A stretch of 42,857 nt of DNA from positions 1 through 42,857 of the forward strand of contig JABLTG010000165.1 of NCBI GenBank assembly GCA_016618085.1. The letters are read 5' to 3'. This stretch comes from Neovahlkampfia damariscottae (Eukaryota). Both the position numbers and the translations under genes were made by a program. The stretch's first letter is position 1; each line of letters begins with the position of its first letter. Below, in pieces: positions 23,344-38,200 of this stretch. Below the pieces are notes generated by a model, which was given only the letters and a program-made list of their open reading frames with translations, was not told where the DNA came from and searched no databases.

Positions 23344-23450
23344 AATGTTAAATAAAATTATTATTTTGAAATCTTAAAATGTGTTGGTCAAGAAGTTTTG
23401 TCCAATTAAAATTCTTCATCTGTAAAAAGTAAAAGGAAAAAAACCAACAC

Positions 23451-26152
23451 ATGTCAACAAGAATTTCTCACACTTCAGGTATTTTATTTAAGTTTTAATT
23501 TTAAAATTAGAAGACCCATCCTTATTAGGTTGGATTGAGGTGTTTGATGAAGAACATCAAAGAAATTATTATTTTAACCCTGAAACTGAAGTTTCTTCAT
23601 GGTATCACCCTCAAGAACAATTGAAACAACTAAAAGAAAAAATGTTACAAGAAGAAAAATTAGAAACAGAAAATAAAAAAAAAAAAAAAGGAGAAAAAGG
23701 TGAAGAGGAAATGAGCTCGTCTGATCAGTCTCCTGAAATTGAAATTAATATTGTAAAACCATTAAACCAAGATGATGACAAAAAAGGTAATGAATAAAAA
23801 ATAATATAACTAAATGGTGAAACAGAGAATATGTCATCCACTGAACTTTCAATTGGATCACCAACTGGAAGAACTACTGTTCCTATTTCTTTATTACAAC
23901 AAGCAAGAGAGAGTAATCATGATGATGATGAAGAAGAAGAAGAAGAAGTTGTCACCACAAACAAAAAAAGAATAACTTTAATTTCAGTATTACAACAAGC
24001 AAGACTTGATGGTGATGATGACGAAGAAGATGACGAAGATGAAGAAGAAGAAGAAGAAGAAGAAGAAGAAGAAGAAAAAGGAAAGAAAAGAGAAACAATT
24101 AGAATCTTATCAAAAGAAGAAGATGAACTTTTAAAATTTATGAAAGAATCAAAAGACTATGATTTTGGAAATATTGAACCACAGTTATTATCATTAAAAG
24201 AAGAAGATGTTGAATTTGATATAAATGGAAATATTAAACTTGGTACATTAGACAAATTAGTACAAAAAGCAACTGATTTACAAAATTTTGATAATAATTT
24301 TTTATTTGATTTTATGTTAACTTTTCGATCATGTATAACATCAATGGAATTATTAATTAAATTAATATATCGATATAATACACCACCACCAAATTTAGAA
24401 ATAGCCAATCAAGAAGAAGAATATAATGAATGGAAAAAGAAAGAATTAAATCCAATTCGATTAAGAGTTGTACAAACTATAAAACATTGGATTGAAAAAC
24501 ATGGATATGATTTTAATGAAGAGAATTTTGAATTAAATCAAAAATTAGATGAATTTATTGAAATAATGAAGAATACAGGTGGATCTAAATATATTCAAAC
24601 TATTTTAAGTTCAAAAGATAAATTAAATTTATCATCATTGGCTCAACATCGAAAAATTGAAAATATACCTGATCCAATTGAACCATTAAAAGATACAAGT
24701 TTATTTGATTGGGATCCAAAAGAAGTAGCAAGACAATTTGCAATATTTGAATTTAAAATGTTAAGAAATATTGAACCAAGAGAATGTTATAATCAAAATT
24801 GGGTAAAAAAAGATAAAAGTACATTAGCACCAAATATTGTTTCATTTTGTAATTGGTTTAATACATTAAGTAATTATCTTATTTCTTGTATTGTTTATGA
24901 AGAAAATTTAAAAGAAAGATCAAGAAGATTACAAATTTTAATTCAAATTGGTAATGAATCAAAATTAATCAAAAATTTTAATGCTGTATTTTCAATTGTA
25001 AGTGCTATTTCAAGTTCATCTGTATTTCGTTTAAAAAAAACATGGGATGAAATAAATAAAAAATATCATAAAATGTATTCAGAATTAGATAAATTTGTAT
25101 CTACTGAAGGATCATATAAAGTATTAAGAAGTTCAATTAGTAAAACATCATCTTGTATACCGTAAGAGATATTTAAATTAAATAAAAGATATATTGGAAT
25201 GTATTTAACAGATTTAACATTTATTGATGAAGGAAACAAAAATATTATAAATGAAAAAATTAATTTTATTAAAATGAAAAGATGGGCAGAAGTAATTAGA
25301 GAAATACAAACATTTCAACAAATACCATATGAATATTATGAATTACCATCATTTCAAAAAAGATTAAAAAAGATTGATATTATTCATTCAGATAAAGAAC
25401 AATATAAACAATCATTAAAAATTGAACCAAGAAAGAATCAATTACCACCACCTCCTACTTCAGATACAACATTAACTTTTAGAGGTTTAAATGTTTTAAT
25501 TCCAAAATTTAAAAAAACTAAAATTGATTCATCACCACGTTCACCAAATAGTAGTGATGAATCATCTTCAAATAATGATTTAATTTCACCAAAATCAATT
25601 TCAAAGAAATTATCATTATCAAAAATTAAAAAGAATTCATCACCTAGAAAAAAACAAACATTTAATTTTAATTTATTTTCACCAAGACCAAAAAGTAATT
25701 CAGTTGAATCATCTCCTTCTACTACTGGTACTACAACTACTTCAAATAATTTATTATCCACTACACCACCACAACAACAACAACAAGATGATGATGAAAA
25801 TAGTAATGATACAACATCAAATTCAAATTCATTTGAAGATAATAAAATATTACAACAAATAGATCAACAAGATCAACTTGATAAAATATTACCAAAATTA
25901 AATTCACTTGGTAAAATGAATACAAAAAAAGAGAAAAGAGATTTTAGAATTGTAATGAATGAAGATCTTCAAACAATGCAAAGTTTATTTACTGATAGTT
26001 CTTTAGATGTAAATTCAATTCTTGATAGTATTGATGAAGAAGATGATGAAAATAAATTTGAAAAAGAAGATGAAACATCATCATTAAAAAATAAAAAAAA
26101 TGTTACATTAACAAAAGAAACAGCAAAAGAATATTTATTAAATGATGAATGA
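23451..26152 (+). CDS. Ras guanine nucleotide exchange factor (WW + REM + CDC25), 4 exons
   Basis: WW domain GWIEVFD..RNYYFNPETEVSSWYHP. REM GTLDKLV..FMLTFRS..RLRVVQTIKHWIEKH. CDC25 EVARQ..NFNAVFSIVSAI..RLKKTW..CIP|YIGMYLTDLTFIDEGN..INFIK. Confidence 0.92.
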
Positions 26153-26277
26153 AAAAAAAAAAAAAAAAAAATAAATTTATCTTCTTAATTATTGGTCAAT
26201 AATATTTATCCATTCAAATTTTGTTCTTTAAAGAAGTGTTTATAAAAATTGTAAATATTTGAATAGGAAATAAGAAA

Positions 26278-27742
26278 ATGAATGAAAATAATTTTTTAAA
26301 CCCAATTTATATTTTTGCTGTTTCTTCTTTTTTAGTTTTATATCAATCAACAAAGAATCATTTTTTACCTGAAGTATGGTTCTCTGGATTACAAATTATA
26401 TTACCTCAATTTAAAAATGAAGATATTTCTATTGAAGAAAGAAAAAAAAAAACAAAAAAAAAACAAGATACTTTTGTTCAAATTGTTACTGTAAATTAAT
26501 GAAAAGATTAATACTTTTTTAGTTATCTGAAGGAGTATTGAGAAAACTTTATTTTTTTTCTGAATTTGTTTTAATTACATGGTTTACCATTTTAATGTTT
26601 TTAAATTTTATTTTTTATTTTTTAATTGATAAATTTTATCAAACACAAACAAATCATCTTTTAATATTATTATTACTATCAGGAATTGGTATTTATTCAT
26701 TGTAAAAGTATATATATTTTTCTAAATACATTATAGAATATTATTACAAAGAGTATTTTATTCAACTATTTCATTATCATCTAATTCTATTGATGGTCAT
26801 GTTTTTTTATCAATTCTTTGTGGAATAATTTCATTTTTTATTTCATTTCATTTATTAAGTACTAATAATGATATTATTGATTTTAATGGTGATAATGGTA
26901 TAAATCATTTAATTAATTTTTTATAGTTTATTCAAAATTTAAAGTTCAAATTGATATTTGGTTAGAATATAATTTATATAATGTAATATATATATTTATT
27001 TTAATACTTTTTTTTTTAGATTAGATTTCCAAATGAGAGTTTAATATTTAAATTATTATTATCATTCTTTTGTGGATGGATAACATTAATATTTTATCAA
27101 CCATGTTTAAGTTTTATTAAATATTTAATTAGAATGAGTAAGTGATAATATATACATATACTAAATATTAAAGATACTGTTGTAATGAAGAAAGTTTATT
27201 TTTCAAAAACTAATATGTTTGTTTGGAAGTAAATGAATTAATCAAATACTTATTTTTATAGTTTTTTAAATTTTTTAAATTTAATTTTACCATTATCTAT
27301 TACATTATTAAATTTTAATTTTTTTCAACATTTATTAATGAATAATATTAATTATTTAAATATTAAAAATATAAAATTATTTTTATTATTTTTAACTATA
27401 ATATTAAGAATATCATTTTTAAGAGTATTTGTTCAAAGTTATCTTTTACATGCTGCAAAATTAGTGAATGAAAATGATTCAAATCAAACAATTTCAAGAG
27501 TAAAAAATATATTTTATTAAATTATTAAATAGATACTTTATAATCATTTAAAATTAGTAATGGTACCAATTATACAATTATTTTGTTTACCAATACTTTT
27601 ATTAGTATTCTCTTTATTCGCTATTTTAAGTGATTTTTATTCACAAACATTTTTATTTTTATCATTTTGGTCTTGTTTAATGATATCCATTTATTCAATT
27701 ATATTTTATTATGTTGAAAAATTAAATGATAATAAAAATTAA
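26278..27742 (+). CDS. TMEM161-like multipass membrane protein, many small exons
   Basis: Hydrophobic exons separated by 30-40 nt GT-AG introns. LRKLYFFSEF, LRISFLRVFVQSYLLHA, IQLFCLP and FLSFW resemble TMEM161 family blocks (by eye). Confidence 0.6.
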
Positions 27743-27833
27743 ATTATTGTGTTAATTTTATTTTAAATTAATTTGATTGGTCAATCAATTTTTAATTTTA
27801 ATTGGTTATCACCAACAATATTCTTTGGTAGTC

Positions 27834-30800
27834 ATGACAGTGAAACCAGTTGATAATTTGATCATGTTAACAGAACAAAATGTTAATGAAGAAGGTATTT
27901 TAGCCTGTCTCAAAGAAAGATACTCCAAAGACCAAATTTATGTAAACACTGAAAAAAAAAAAAAAAAACTAAAAAAAAATAGACATTCATTGGAAATGTA
28001 TTAATATCTGTTAACCCTTTCCGTTTGGTTAAAAAAGATATGTACAGTAAAGTAACAATGGAAAAGTATCGTGGAAAGTAAAAATAAAACGTAATTTAAA
28101 AATTAAAAAGATATCCATACGAAGTAGCACCACATGTATTTACAGTTTCAGAAGATACATATCGTTCAATGATGAGTGAAAAAAGAGATCAATCTATCAT
28201 TATTTCAGGTGAATCTGGTGCTGGAAAAACAGAAGCATCAAAACAAATAATGAACTATTTGGCAGATGTAAGTCAAATGAAAGGAAATAAAGAATCAGAA
28301 ACTGTAAAAAAACAAATTTTACAATCCAATCCAATTTTAGAATCTTTTGGAAACGCAAAAACTGTAAGAAAAATAAAGAATATAAATATTATTATTAAAT
28401 AGGTTAGAAATAATAATTCAAGTAGATTTGGAAAATATATGGAAATTTATTTTACATATGGTGGAGAAATATGTGGTGGAAATATTACAAATTGTAAATA
28501 GAAATAATATTTTAATATTCTCTTTTTAGTTTTACTTGAAAAGTCAAGAGTTGTTCATCAAATGAATGATGAAAGAAACTTTCATATTTTTTATCAATTA
28601 TTTTCAGGTAAAAGATTATTAAACTAAAAAAAAAATAAGATAATGAATTAAAAAATAAATTAAAATTAACTAAACCATCTGATTTTCATTATTTAAATCA
28701 AACTGAATGTTATACAGTTAATGGTATTGATGATTCAAAAGAATTTAAAGATACTAAAGATGCAATGAATTTAATGAATTTTTCAAATCAAGATGAAATA
28801 TTTGAATTATTAGCAGGTAAATAATTTAATAATAATAAATGATTAAAAAATAAAGGAATATTACATCTTGGTAATATTGAATTTGAAGGAAATCCAAAAG
28901 AACAAGCAAAATTAAAAAATAAAGAATCATTAGAAATAGCATCAAAATTATTAAAAATAGATTCAAAATATTTATTAATTTCATTAACTACAAAATCAGT
29001 TGCAGCAGGAGGTAGAAATTCAGTTTATAATGCAACATTAGATAGTAAAGAATCAAGTTATGCAAGAGATGCATTATCAAAATCATTATATGAAAAATTA
29101 TTTGATTTTATTGTATTTAAAATTAATAAATCAATTTTAAAACCAGAAAAAGAAAAATCATTAATTATTGGTATTTTAGATATTTATGGATTTGAAATAT
29201 TTAAAGAGAATTCATTTGAACAATTATGTATTAATTTTACAAATGAAAAATTACAACAAATATTTATTGAATTAACATTAAAAGCAGAACAAGAAGAATA
29301 TAATAATGAAAATATAAAATGGACACCAGTTAAATATGAAAATAATAAACCATGTGTTGATATGATTGAAAAAAAGATTGGTGGATTATTTTCATTATTA
29401 AATGAAACTGGATTAGTAAAAGGTGATGATAAACAATTTTTAGAAAAAATTAATTCAAATTTAAAATTAAATTCATTTTTTATTTTTGATGAAAAAAAGA
29501 ATAAAAAAGAGAATTTTATATTAAAACATTATGCAGGTGAAGTTGAATATAATTCAAATGGATTTATTGATAAAAATAGTGATACATTATTTCAATCTAT
29601 TATTGATTGTTTAAAATCAAGTAATTCAAAATTAATACAATATTTCTTTCCAAATTCAAATGAAAAATTAAAAGTATCAAAAAGACCAACTACAGTTTCA
29701 ACTAAATTTATTGAACAAGTTGATCAATTAATGAAGAAATTATATTCATGTCAACCACATTATATTAGATGTTTAAAACCAAATAGTGAAAAGAAATCAT
29801 CTTATTTTGTTGATGAAGAAATGAAACATCAAATTAAATATTTAGGTTTATTTGAAAATGTTAGAGTTAGAAGAGCAGGTTTTGTTTATAGACAAACTTT
29901 TGATTTCTTTTTTCAAAGATATCGTATTTTATCAAAAGATACATTTCCAATTTTAAATAAAAATATAAATTCAAATTTAGATGCATGTAAATATTTATTA
30001 AAAGAAATATTTAAAAATGAAAATATTGAATATCAATTTGGAAAATCAAAATTATTTATAAAGAAACCAGAAACTATATTTCATTTAGAAGAATTAAGAG
30101 ATAGAGCATTACATGATATTTGTAAAATTATACAAAGAAAATATAGAGGTTATAAAGCAAGAAAATTCTTTATTGAAATGAAAGAAAAATCATTAGGTAT
30201 TTTTAGTGATGATAAAAAAAGAAGAAGAATTTCTATAAATAGAACATTTTCAGGTGATTATTTAGAATTATTTGAAAAAGCTCAAATTATTACTAATTTA
30301 ATTAAATCAAATGAATCTTCAAAAATTTATTATTCAAATTATGGTGATAAAATTGCAAAAACTTTTATGGGTTATGGTTCTTTACAATTACATTCAAAAA
30401 TTATATTTTTATCAGAAAAAACAATTTATATTTGTACTGGTTCAAAAAAGAAATTAAATTTAAAAGAAAAAATTCAAATATCTTCCATTGAATCTTTAAC
30501 TCTTTCAAATTTAACTGATGGTTATATTTTTATTAAAGCATTAAATAAAATTGAATATGTTTTAAATTTAGATTCAAAAACTGAATTTGTATCAGTTTTA
30601 TCTGAATTATATGAAAGAGAAACAAGATTACCTTTATCTATTTCTTTTAAAAATGATTATCAATTTTTAGTTAAACCTTCAATTCCAATTGATATTTCAA
30701 TTATTGAAGGTGATAAATTAATTGAAAAAGATATTTTAAAAGAAAATAAAAAATCATTACAAATTACAATTAAATATGAAGAATCATTATTTGGTAAAAA

Positions 30801-31172
30801 ATCAAATCAAATATCAAAAATAAATTCAATTAAATCAAATATTAATTCACCATCAAACCCATCAAAACCATCAAACTTAGTTAAATCAAATGTTACATCA
30901 AACCCAAATCCAAACTCAGTTAAATCAAATACTAAAGAAATTCCTTCACCAAGACAAAAAAAAAAAGAAATTACTATTGCAACATTTCAATTTATTGCAC
31001 AACAAGAAGATGAATTATCATTAACACCAGGTGATGTAATTACAATTTTAGAAAAAAATGGTAAAATGAACTTTAAATAACTTTTTGTTTAGAAGATGGA
31101 TGGTGGAAAGGGGAATCAAATGGTAATATTGGTTTATTTCCAGGAAATCATTGTGAATTAGGATCTGAATAA
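27834..31172 (+). CDS. Class I myosin (motor, IQ, TH1, SH3), about 8 exons
   Basis: [77 protein letters not shown] (TH1) and C-terminal SH3 ELSL..DGWWKGE..GLFPGN. Confidence 0.95.
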
Positions 31173-31250
31173 ATCTGAAAAAAAAAAATATTAAACCAAT
31201 AAAATTTCTTTACTTTTTTAACCAATCAAAAAATATAACGGAATTTAGAC

Positions 31251-31867
31251 ATGAGTGAACATGAATGTGGTATGATTCATTTCACATATTTTTAATTTAA
31301 AATTTAATAGAAAATTGTAAAAGTGAATTGGAAAACCTTAAAGAGCAAGTTCAAAAACTAGAAAATGAAAATAAAAAACTTAAAAATGAAATAGTATCAA
31401 AAGAAATATCAAATGCACGCTCAGAAATTAATTCAGTAAAAGATGATGTAACAAGTTTAAAAAATACAGTTACACAAGAAGTTGATGAAATGAAAAATAA
31501 CTTAAATGCTGTTGTTGAACTTGAAAAATTAAAAGCAGAATACGATCAAAAAGTTAAAAATTTAGAAGAAGAAGTACAAGAATTGAATGATAAAATTAAA
31601 AAAACCAGAGAATCAAAAAATAAAATGATTAATCAAGTTATGAATGAATATGAAGAACTCAAAGAAACTTTTACATCGAGCAATAAAAAAATTGATAGAT
31701 TAACAGGTGAACTTACAGAAAAAACACGTCAACTTACGAAGGCAAATCAAGAAATTGAAAGGTTAAAAAAAGGTGGAAGTGGAACTGCTTCTCCTGTTGG
31801 AACAAGTGATATTTTCCCAAATACATCAAACAAAAAGAAATTTCCATTGAGTGACCCAGATTTTTAA
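31251..31867 (+). CDS. Coiled-coil protein of unknown function, 2 exons
   Basis: ATG 31251 after CCAAT boxes. An intron at about 31270-31310 joins MSEHEC to the heptad-rich track ORF 31328..31867. Confidence 0.75.
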
Positions 31868-31969
31868 TATTATTGTAAATCTTTTTTTTTTAAAAACGTT
31901 TTTTTTTTTTATTTCCAAAATTCTTATTGTCCAATAATATTTTTTTCGAACTAAAAATCTTCAAGAGAA

Positions 31970-34900
31970 ATGGAAGAAATTGATGGATGGTAAATTTTCA
32001 ACTTATTTAACCATTTGATGAAGGGTAAATACAATTTAATGAATTTAAGTTTGAATAATAGGGTTTAAGTAGTTATACTAATGACAGAGTAGATATACTA
32101 TTTTTTCTTTTTAATTTTTCTTCCAAGGACGAATTCATTGATATTGATGAAGATGAATATTATAATCCAAGAGGAAATAATGAAGAAGAAGGAGAAGAAG
32201 AAGTTACTTTAGAAAAAGAAATACCAATATTTACTTGTAATAAGTTAGAGTTTCAATACGTTTTAGAAGAAGGAATAAAACAAGTAGTATCAAGTACTGA
32301 ACATCTTTTTATTGTTACAGCAAAGAATACAATAATTATATATGATGAAGATAGAAAGATGAATAGAGGTAAAAAATAAAAAAAAAATAAAAAAAAAGAA
32401 ATTGAATTAAAATTAAGTTCAAAGAATGATATTTATAAAATATTTGTTGATCCATTAAGATTTCATTTAATTGTATCAACATTAAATGGAGATAATTATT
32501 ATATTAATTTAGAAAGTATTAATAATTCAAAGAAATCAAAACAAAATCCAATAATATTATTAACTAAATTAAAGAATCTTTTAATTGAAAGTATTGGATG
32601 GAATTCATTAAATCAAGAAATGGAAACAACAGATACTATTTTAATTGGTACAAAGAGTTCATGTATTTATGAATTAAAAATTGATAGTAATATTAAAATA
32701 ATAATTTTAAAAAATAATAGTTAATATAAAGAATGATTGTACAAAAATATTTAAATTATTATTTGATTTTAATACACGTATTGATATTTTAGTACAAGCT
32801 GGACCAATTACAGGTATTTATATTGAAGAGATTGAAAATATAAAATATATATTTATTGCAACACCTGATAGATTATTTCAATTTTATGGTGAAAAAAAGA
32901 ATATATTTGAAATATTTGATAAATATATAAATGAAAAGAAATTAAATTATATTGAAATGCCATATTCAAATCATTCAAATTCTAATAAAATGAATCCAAA
33001 TTATGGTCAATTTGAAATATTTAAAAAGAAAAAGAAAATGTATTCATTTTGTTGGTTATCATTTTCAGGTATTTGTCATGGATTATTTTCAAAAGAAAGA
33101 ACCATTGAAAAAGATAATTATGAAATTATTCAATTTGATAATAAAATTAAAAATATAATTTCAATTTCAATTTCAGAATATCATATTTATTTATTATATG
33201 AAAATAAAATTGAAATATTAATGAATCCATCAAATTTAATTACAAATGAACAAATATCAATAGATTCAATACCAATTGTTTTTAAAAAAGAATTTAGTTT
33301 AAATCAAATTCAATTAAAATTAATGTTTAAAGATGAAAATGAAGAAATATTTTTAAATTCATCTTCTTCTATTTTTAGAATATTAATTGATGATGAAACA
33401 AGAAATGTTTGGAAATTATATTTAGAAAAAGCAATTAATCCAAATACATCAAAATTAGAATATTTTGATAAAGCATATGAATTATGTTTTGATAATGATA
33501 AAAATTCAGATTTAGTTTTAATTTCAAAAGGTGATTATTTATATTCAAAAAATAGATTTGATGAAGCTGCTGATATTTATTCAAGATGTTCTAAATCATT
33601 TGAACAAATTTCAATTTCATTTTTTAATCATAAAGATTCTTTATTACGTTATTTATTAAATAAATTAAAAGTATTAAAAATGAAAAGAAAAAATGAAAAT
33701 GAAAATTTAACACAATTAATTTGTTTATCAACTTGGATCACTGAAATATATTTAGATAAAATGAATCAAATTGAATTTGAAAATTATTCAGAGAATTTAT
33801 CAATGAATCAAAGTATTGGTATGGGTAATAACATGGGTAACAACATGGGTAGTAGTATGAGTAGTAGTATGAGTAGTATGAATAACAATATGAGTAGTTC
33901 CAATATGAGTAATAATTCAAATCCAGATAATATTGAAAAGATTGAAAGAATTAAAAAACAATTTCGAAATTTTTTAAGTGAATATTTAACATTTTTAAAT
34001 GAAGATATTACATTTCGATTAATATCATCACATGGTCAAATTGAAGAATTAATATATTTTTCAAAATTAATAAAAGATTATGAAAAAGTTATATATCAAT
34101 ATTTAATTGAAAATAAATATAGAGAGAGTTTAGAATTATTAAGTAAATATTGTAAAGAAGATAAATATTCAATACATTTTTATAAATTTTCACCAATATT
34201 AATTGAATATTTACCAAATGAAATGGTTAAAGTATTAATGCAAAATAAACATTTAGATGCAGGTAAATTAATACCAGCATTAATGAGATGTATAAATAAT
34301 GGAAAGATGGATAATATTATATCATATTTAGAATGGTTAATTTTAAAAAATAACAATAAAGATCCAGCAATTCATAATTTATTATTAAATTTATATGCAA
34401 AAAAAGGTGATGATAATAAATTATTATCATTTTTAAATTTTGAATCATCTGGTGATGAAAATTATTATGATATGAAATATGCATTAAGAATATGTAATGA
34501 ATTTAAAAAATATGAAGCATGTGCAAGATTATATTCAATGATGGAATTATATGAAGATTCAATTAATATTTCTTTATTAAATAATGATATTAAATTAGCT
34601 AAAGAAATTGTTAATGAATCATCTATTGAAGATGAAGAATTAATTAAAAAATTATGGATTAAAATTGCAAAATTTGTAATTGAAAAAGAAAATAAAGTTC
34701 AAAATGTAATTGAATTTTTAAAAGATACAGATAAAATTAAATTAGAAGATATTTTACCATTCTTTCCTGATTTTATTTTAATTGATAATTTTAGAAATCA
34801 AATTTGTGATGCATTACAAGAATATAAAGATGAAATTGAAGAATTAAAACAAGATATGATTGATTCAACTAAAAATGCAAAATCAATAAGAGAAGATATT

Positions 34901-35266
34901 CATCAATTAAAATACTCTTTTGGTTTTATTACAAAAACATCAAAATGTTCAGCTGAAAATTGTTATCAAACTATTTTATCAAGAGAATTTTATTTATTTC
35001 CTTGTGAACATATGTTTCATTCAAATTGTTTAATTAATGAAATTAAAAAACATGTTTCTACTTCAAAAATTCAAAAAATTGAAGAATTATTAGAAATTAA
35101 AAAATTAAATCCATCTAATCAACAAAATATTGATTTATTAGAACAATTAATTTCAAAAGAATGTCCTCTATGTGGTGATATTATGATTTCTTCAATATCA
35201 AAAGAATTTATTTTAAATGATTCAAATCAATCTTTAGATGATGTAAATTGGAATTTACAAAAATAA
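31970..35266 (+). CDS. VPS18: Vps18/Pep3 HOPS-CORVET subunit
   Basis: IYKIFVDP..HL, IESIGWN..ILIGT, SEYH, ETRNVWKLYL, LISSHG, FYKFSPILI, KLIPALM, AIHNLLLNLYA, LKLEDILPFFPDF-like block, and RING FYLFPCEHMFHSNC..ECPLCGDIMI. Confidence 0.93.
33821..33910 (+). repeat. Coding 12-nt minisatellite within Vps18 (MGNN/MSSS units)
   Basis: atgggtaataac-atgggtaacaac-atgggtagtagt-atgagtagtagt-atgagtagt..., an in-frame low-complexity insertion. Confidence 0.75.
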
Positions 35267-35278
35267 ATATTTTATGAT

Positions 35279-38200
35279 TTATAGATTATGTAATTCATTT
35301 TTTTGAAATTCTCTATTCTTTTCATAATTTAAAAATGAATCAGTTAATATAAATCTACTCCAAGTATCAGAAATATTAATTTTTAAATTCTTTTCAACTT
35401 CTTCAAATGAATTAATGTTTAATTTTTTATTATTGATCATAGATAATATTTCTCTACATGTTTTTGAATCAATATTAATTTCTAAAGGTGAACTATCACC
35501 ATTTAAATACATTTCATGAATATGATATGCTTGAATTTGTTTCTTTTCTGATGTTTTTGCTTTCTTATAGTTTTGAATATCTCTGTGTGCTAAAAGATTC
35601 TCTTGAGACCATTCAATCGTCGCAAATTCAAATAAAATATCAAAAAATTCAGGTTCAGAAAGATATAATTCTAAATCATTAATTTCAAGCATTTTTGAAA
35701 ATTCTTCATAGAATTTTCTATGTTTCAATGATTTCAAATATTTTAGAATGATAATGATGTATGTTTCAATTAAAGGTAAAACAACTTGATAAAATGCAAA
35801 TAAATAAGTGATTGTACTTCTCCCAATGGTTGAAAAGTATTGACCAAAATAATAATAATATGCATTGTTAGTTCCAAATATCAAAACATTTAAATTAATA
35901 ATTTCGAAAATGAAATAACACCCAAATAATAAAAATGCAATAATTTGTTCAAATCTGAATAAATAGGGATCACTTTTTGAATAAAAATCATGAATTTGAT
36001 CTTTTAAAAGTTTTAACCAAGCACATTTAGTGTAGGTTTTTCTAATTTTCAGAGTTCGAAAATATTTGATGATATTTGAAATAATATCAAATGTAGCAAT
36101 TCCATATAATATGATACCAAACAATACATTGATTAAAAGATGAAGGGAATAAATAAAAATTGATTTTTGAGTTGTACAAGTAAAAAATGATGGTACAGTA
36201 GCAATTAATATAAAGTCAATTAAGGTTGAAATAATCCAAAATGTTCCAACAATAACAAATGAAACTTTTGGGGAAACAATAAACTTAACAATTAAAAATA
36301 GTTTGACGTACAAAGATTTTTTCTTTCCATCATTAGAAATATATTCTTTTTGTTTGTTCATGTTAATCAAAAGTACAAATCTTAAATAATTTAATGGCAT
36401 TATTAAAAAAATGACAGATAAAAAGTTTTCATACAAAAAAGTTTGTAAATAACATGAATATTTTGATATCCATTCAAGATCAAAAAAGAAATATCGAATA
36501 GATGAAAATGATGCACAATATTGAGATAATAATGCTAAATAGGGTATAATTCCTCTAGATTTTAATGGTTGATCATCTCTTTTTGAAATAATTAATAATA
36601 ATATTATAATATAAATTGCCATTTCTAAAAGCCAAACTGTTTCTGATATATCAGAAATTCGATTTGAAAATCCTGAAAGAACTAATGTATTACAAATTCT
36701 TTTTGATGATGAAATATTAAAATATCTTGTTGTCACCATTTCATGATTTGGAAAAGTTAAATTTAAATTTGGTGATTGTCTTCCACATACAATTGAAATA
36801 TAATCATATTTTTTAATTAAATTATCATCAATTTGAATTTTATATCTTTGTTTATTTTGAAACTTAGGAACATTTATCTTTTTTGGTGATATTAATCCCA
36901 AAGTTGGAATATTTTGTAAATTTTGTGTTTTATGATTTTTAATTTCACCAATTTTCAATTCTTGTCCATCACTTGAATACCATGCAATTGAAATAAACAT
37001 AGAAGTTGAAATTCCATCTTTTTGATGAAACGAAAAACCACTCCAACCCGAAGTTGAACAAATATTTGGTTCAATAACGAAAGAATTATCTAAAGATATT
37101 AATTGAAATTAAAAATTACCTGAATGATAATATTTGATGTAATCATTTCCAAAAATAGCACATGATACATCACTTGAAAAAGTATTCTTTCTATCTTGAC
37201 ATTGATTTCCAGTAAATCCTTCTTTACACATACATTTATTTACACCAACACAAACACCATTTGAAGAACAAACTGTAGTATCTGTGGAATTCAAACCATA
37301 ACAATTGGTTATTTCACACTCCAAACCATAATAACCGGAAAGACAAGAACAATTATTTGGTTTAATACAATTCCCATTTCCTGAGCAAAGTTGTGGTGCA
37401 TTTTTTAATTCAAAGAAACAATCAAAGTTTTCACATTGTTCTCCATAATACCCTTCGAAACATGAACAATTATTATTGGATGAACAAATTCCATTTGAAG
37501 AACACACATTTGAATTATTGTTTTGAATATTAAAACAAGAAATACTCTTCACAAATTCACATTGATTACCATTGAAACCTGAGTTACAAATACATTGATC
37601 ATTAGATACACAATCACCCCTTCCATTGCATACATTTGGATCTGTTGGGAATAATCCTGAACACATAAATGAAGGATTTAGTGAAGTAATTGGAGAAATA
37701 GTTGGTTGGACTTCACATCTATTCCCAGAGTATCCTGTATTACAAGAACAAATATTAGGATTTGTACAGTTTCCATTTCCAGAACATACAGCAAAATCTG
37801 ATGCATTCTTTCCAAAACAGACAGAATATTCACAAATGGAACCTACAAATCCTTTTGTACAATTACAAGTATTAAAATTTATGCATGATCCGTTACCAGA
37901 ACAAACATTTGAATTTGTTGAATTGATTCCAAAGCATTGAGTGAATTGACATTCATTTCCTGTAAATCCAACTAGACAAGTACAATTATTGAGCGAATTG
38001 CATGTTCCATGAGATGAACAAACTATAGAATTATTGGAACCTATTCCAAAACATTCTGTAAATTGACATTCATTCCCAGTATTTCCTGAATTACATTCAC
38101 ATTTGTCGAATGATTCACAAGATCCTTTATTTGAACACACAGTTGAATTTGTTGAATTTTTACCAAAACAACTTGTGAATTGACATTCATTACCAAAATA

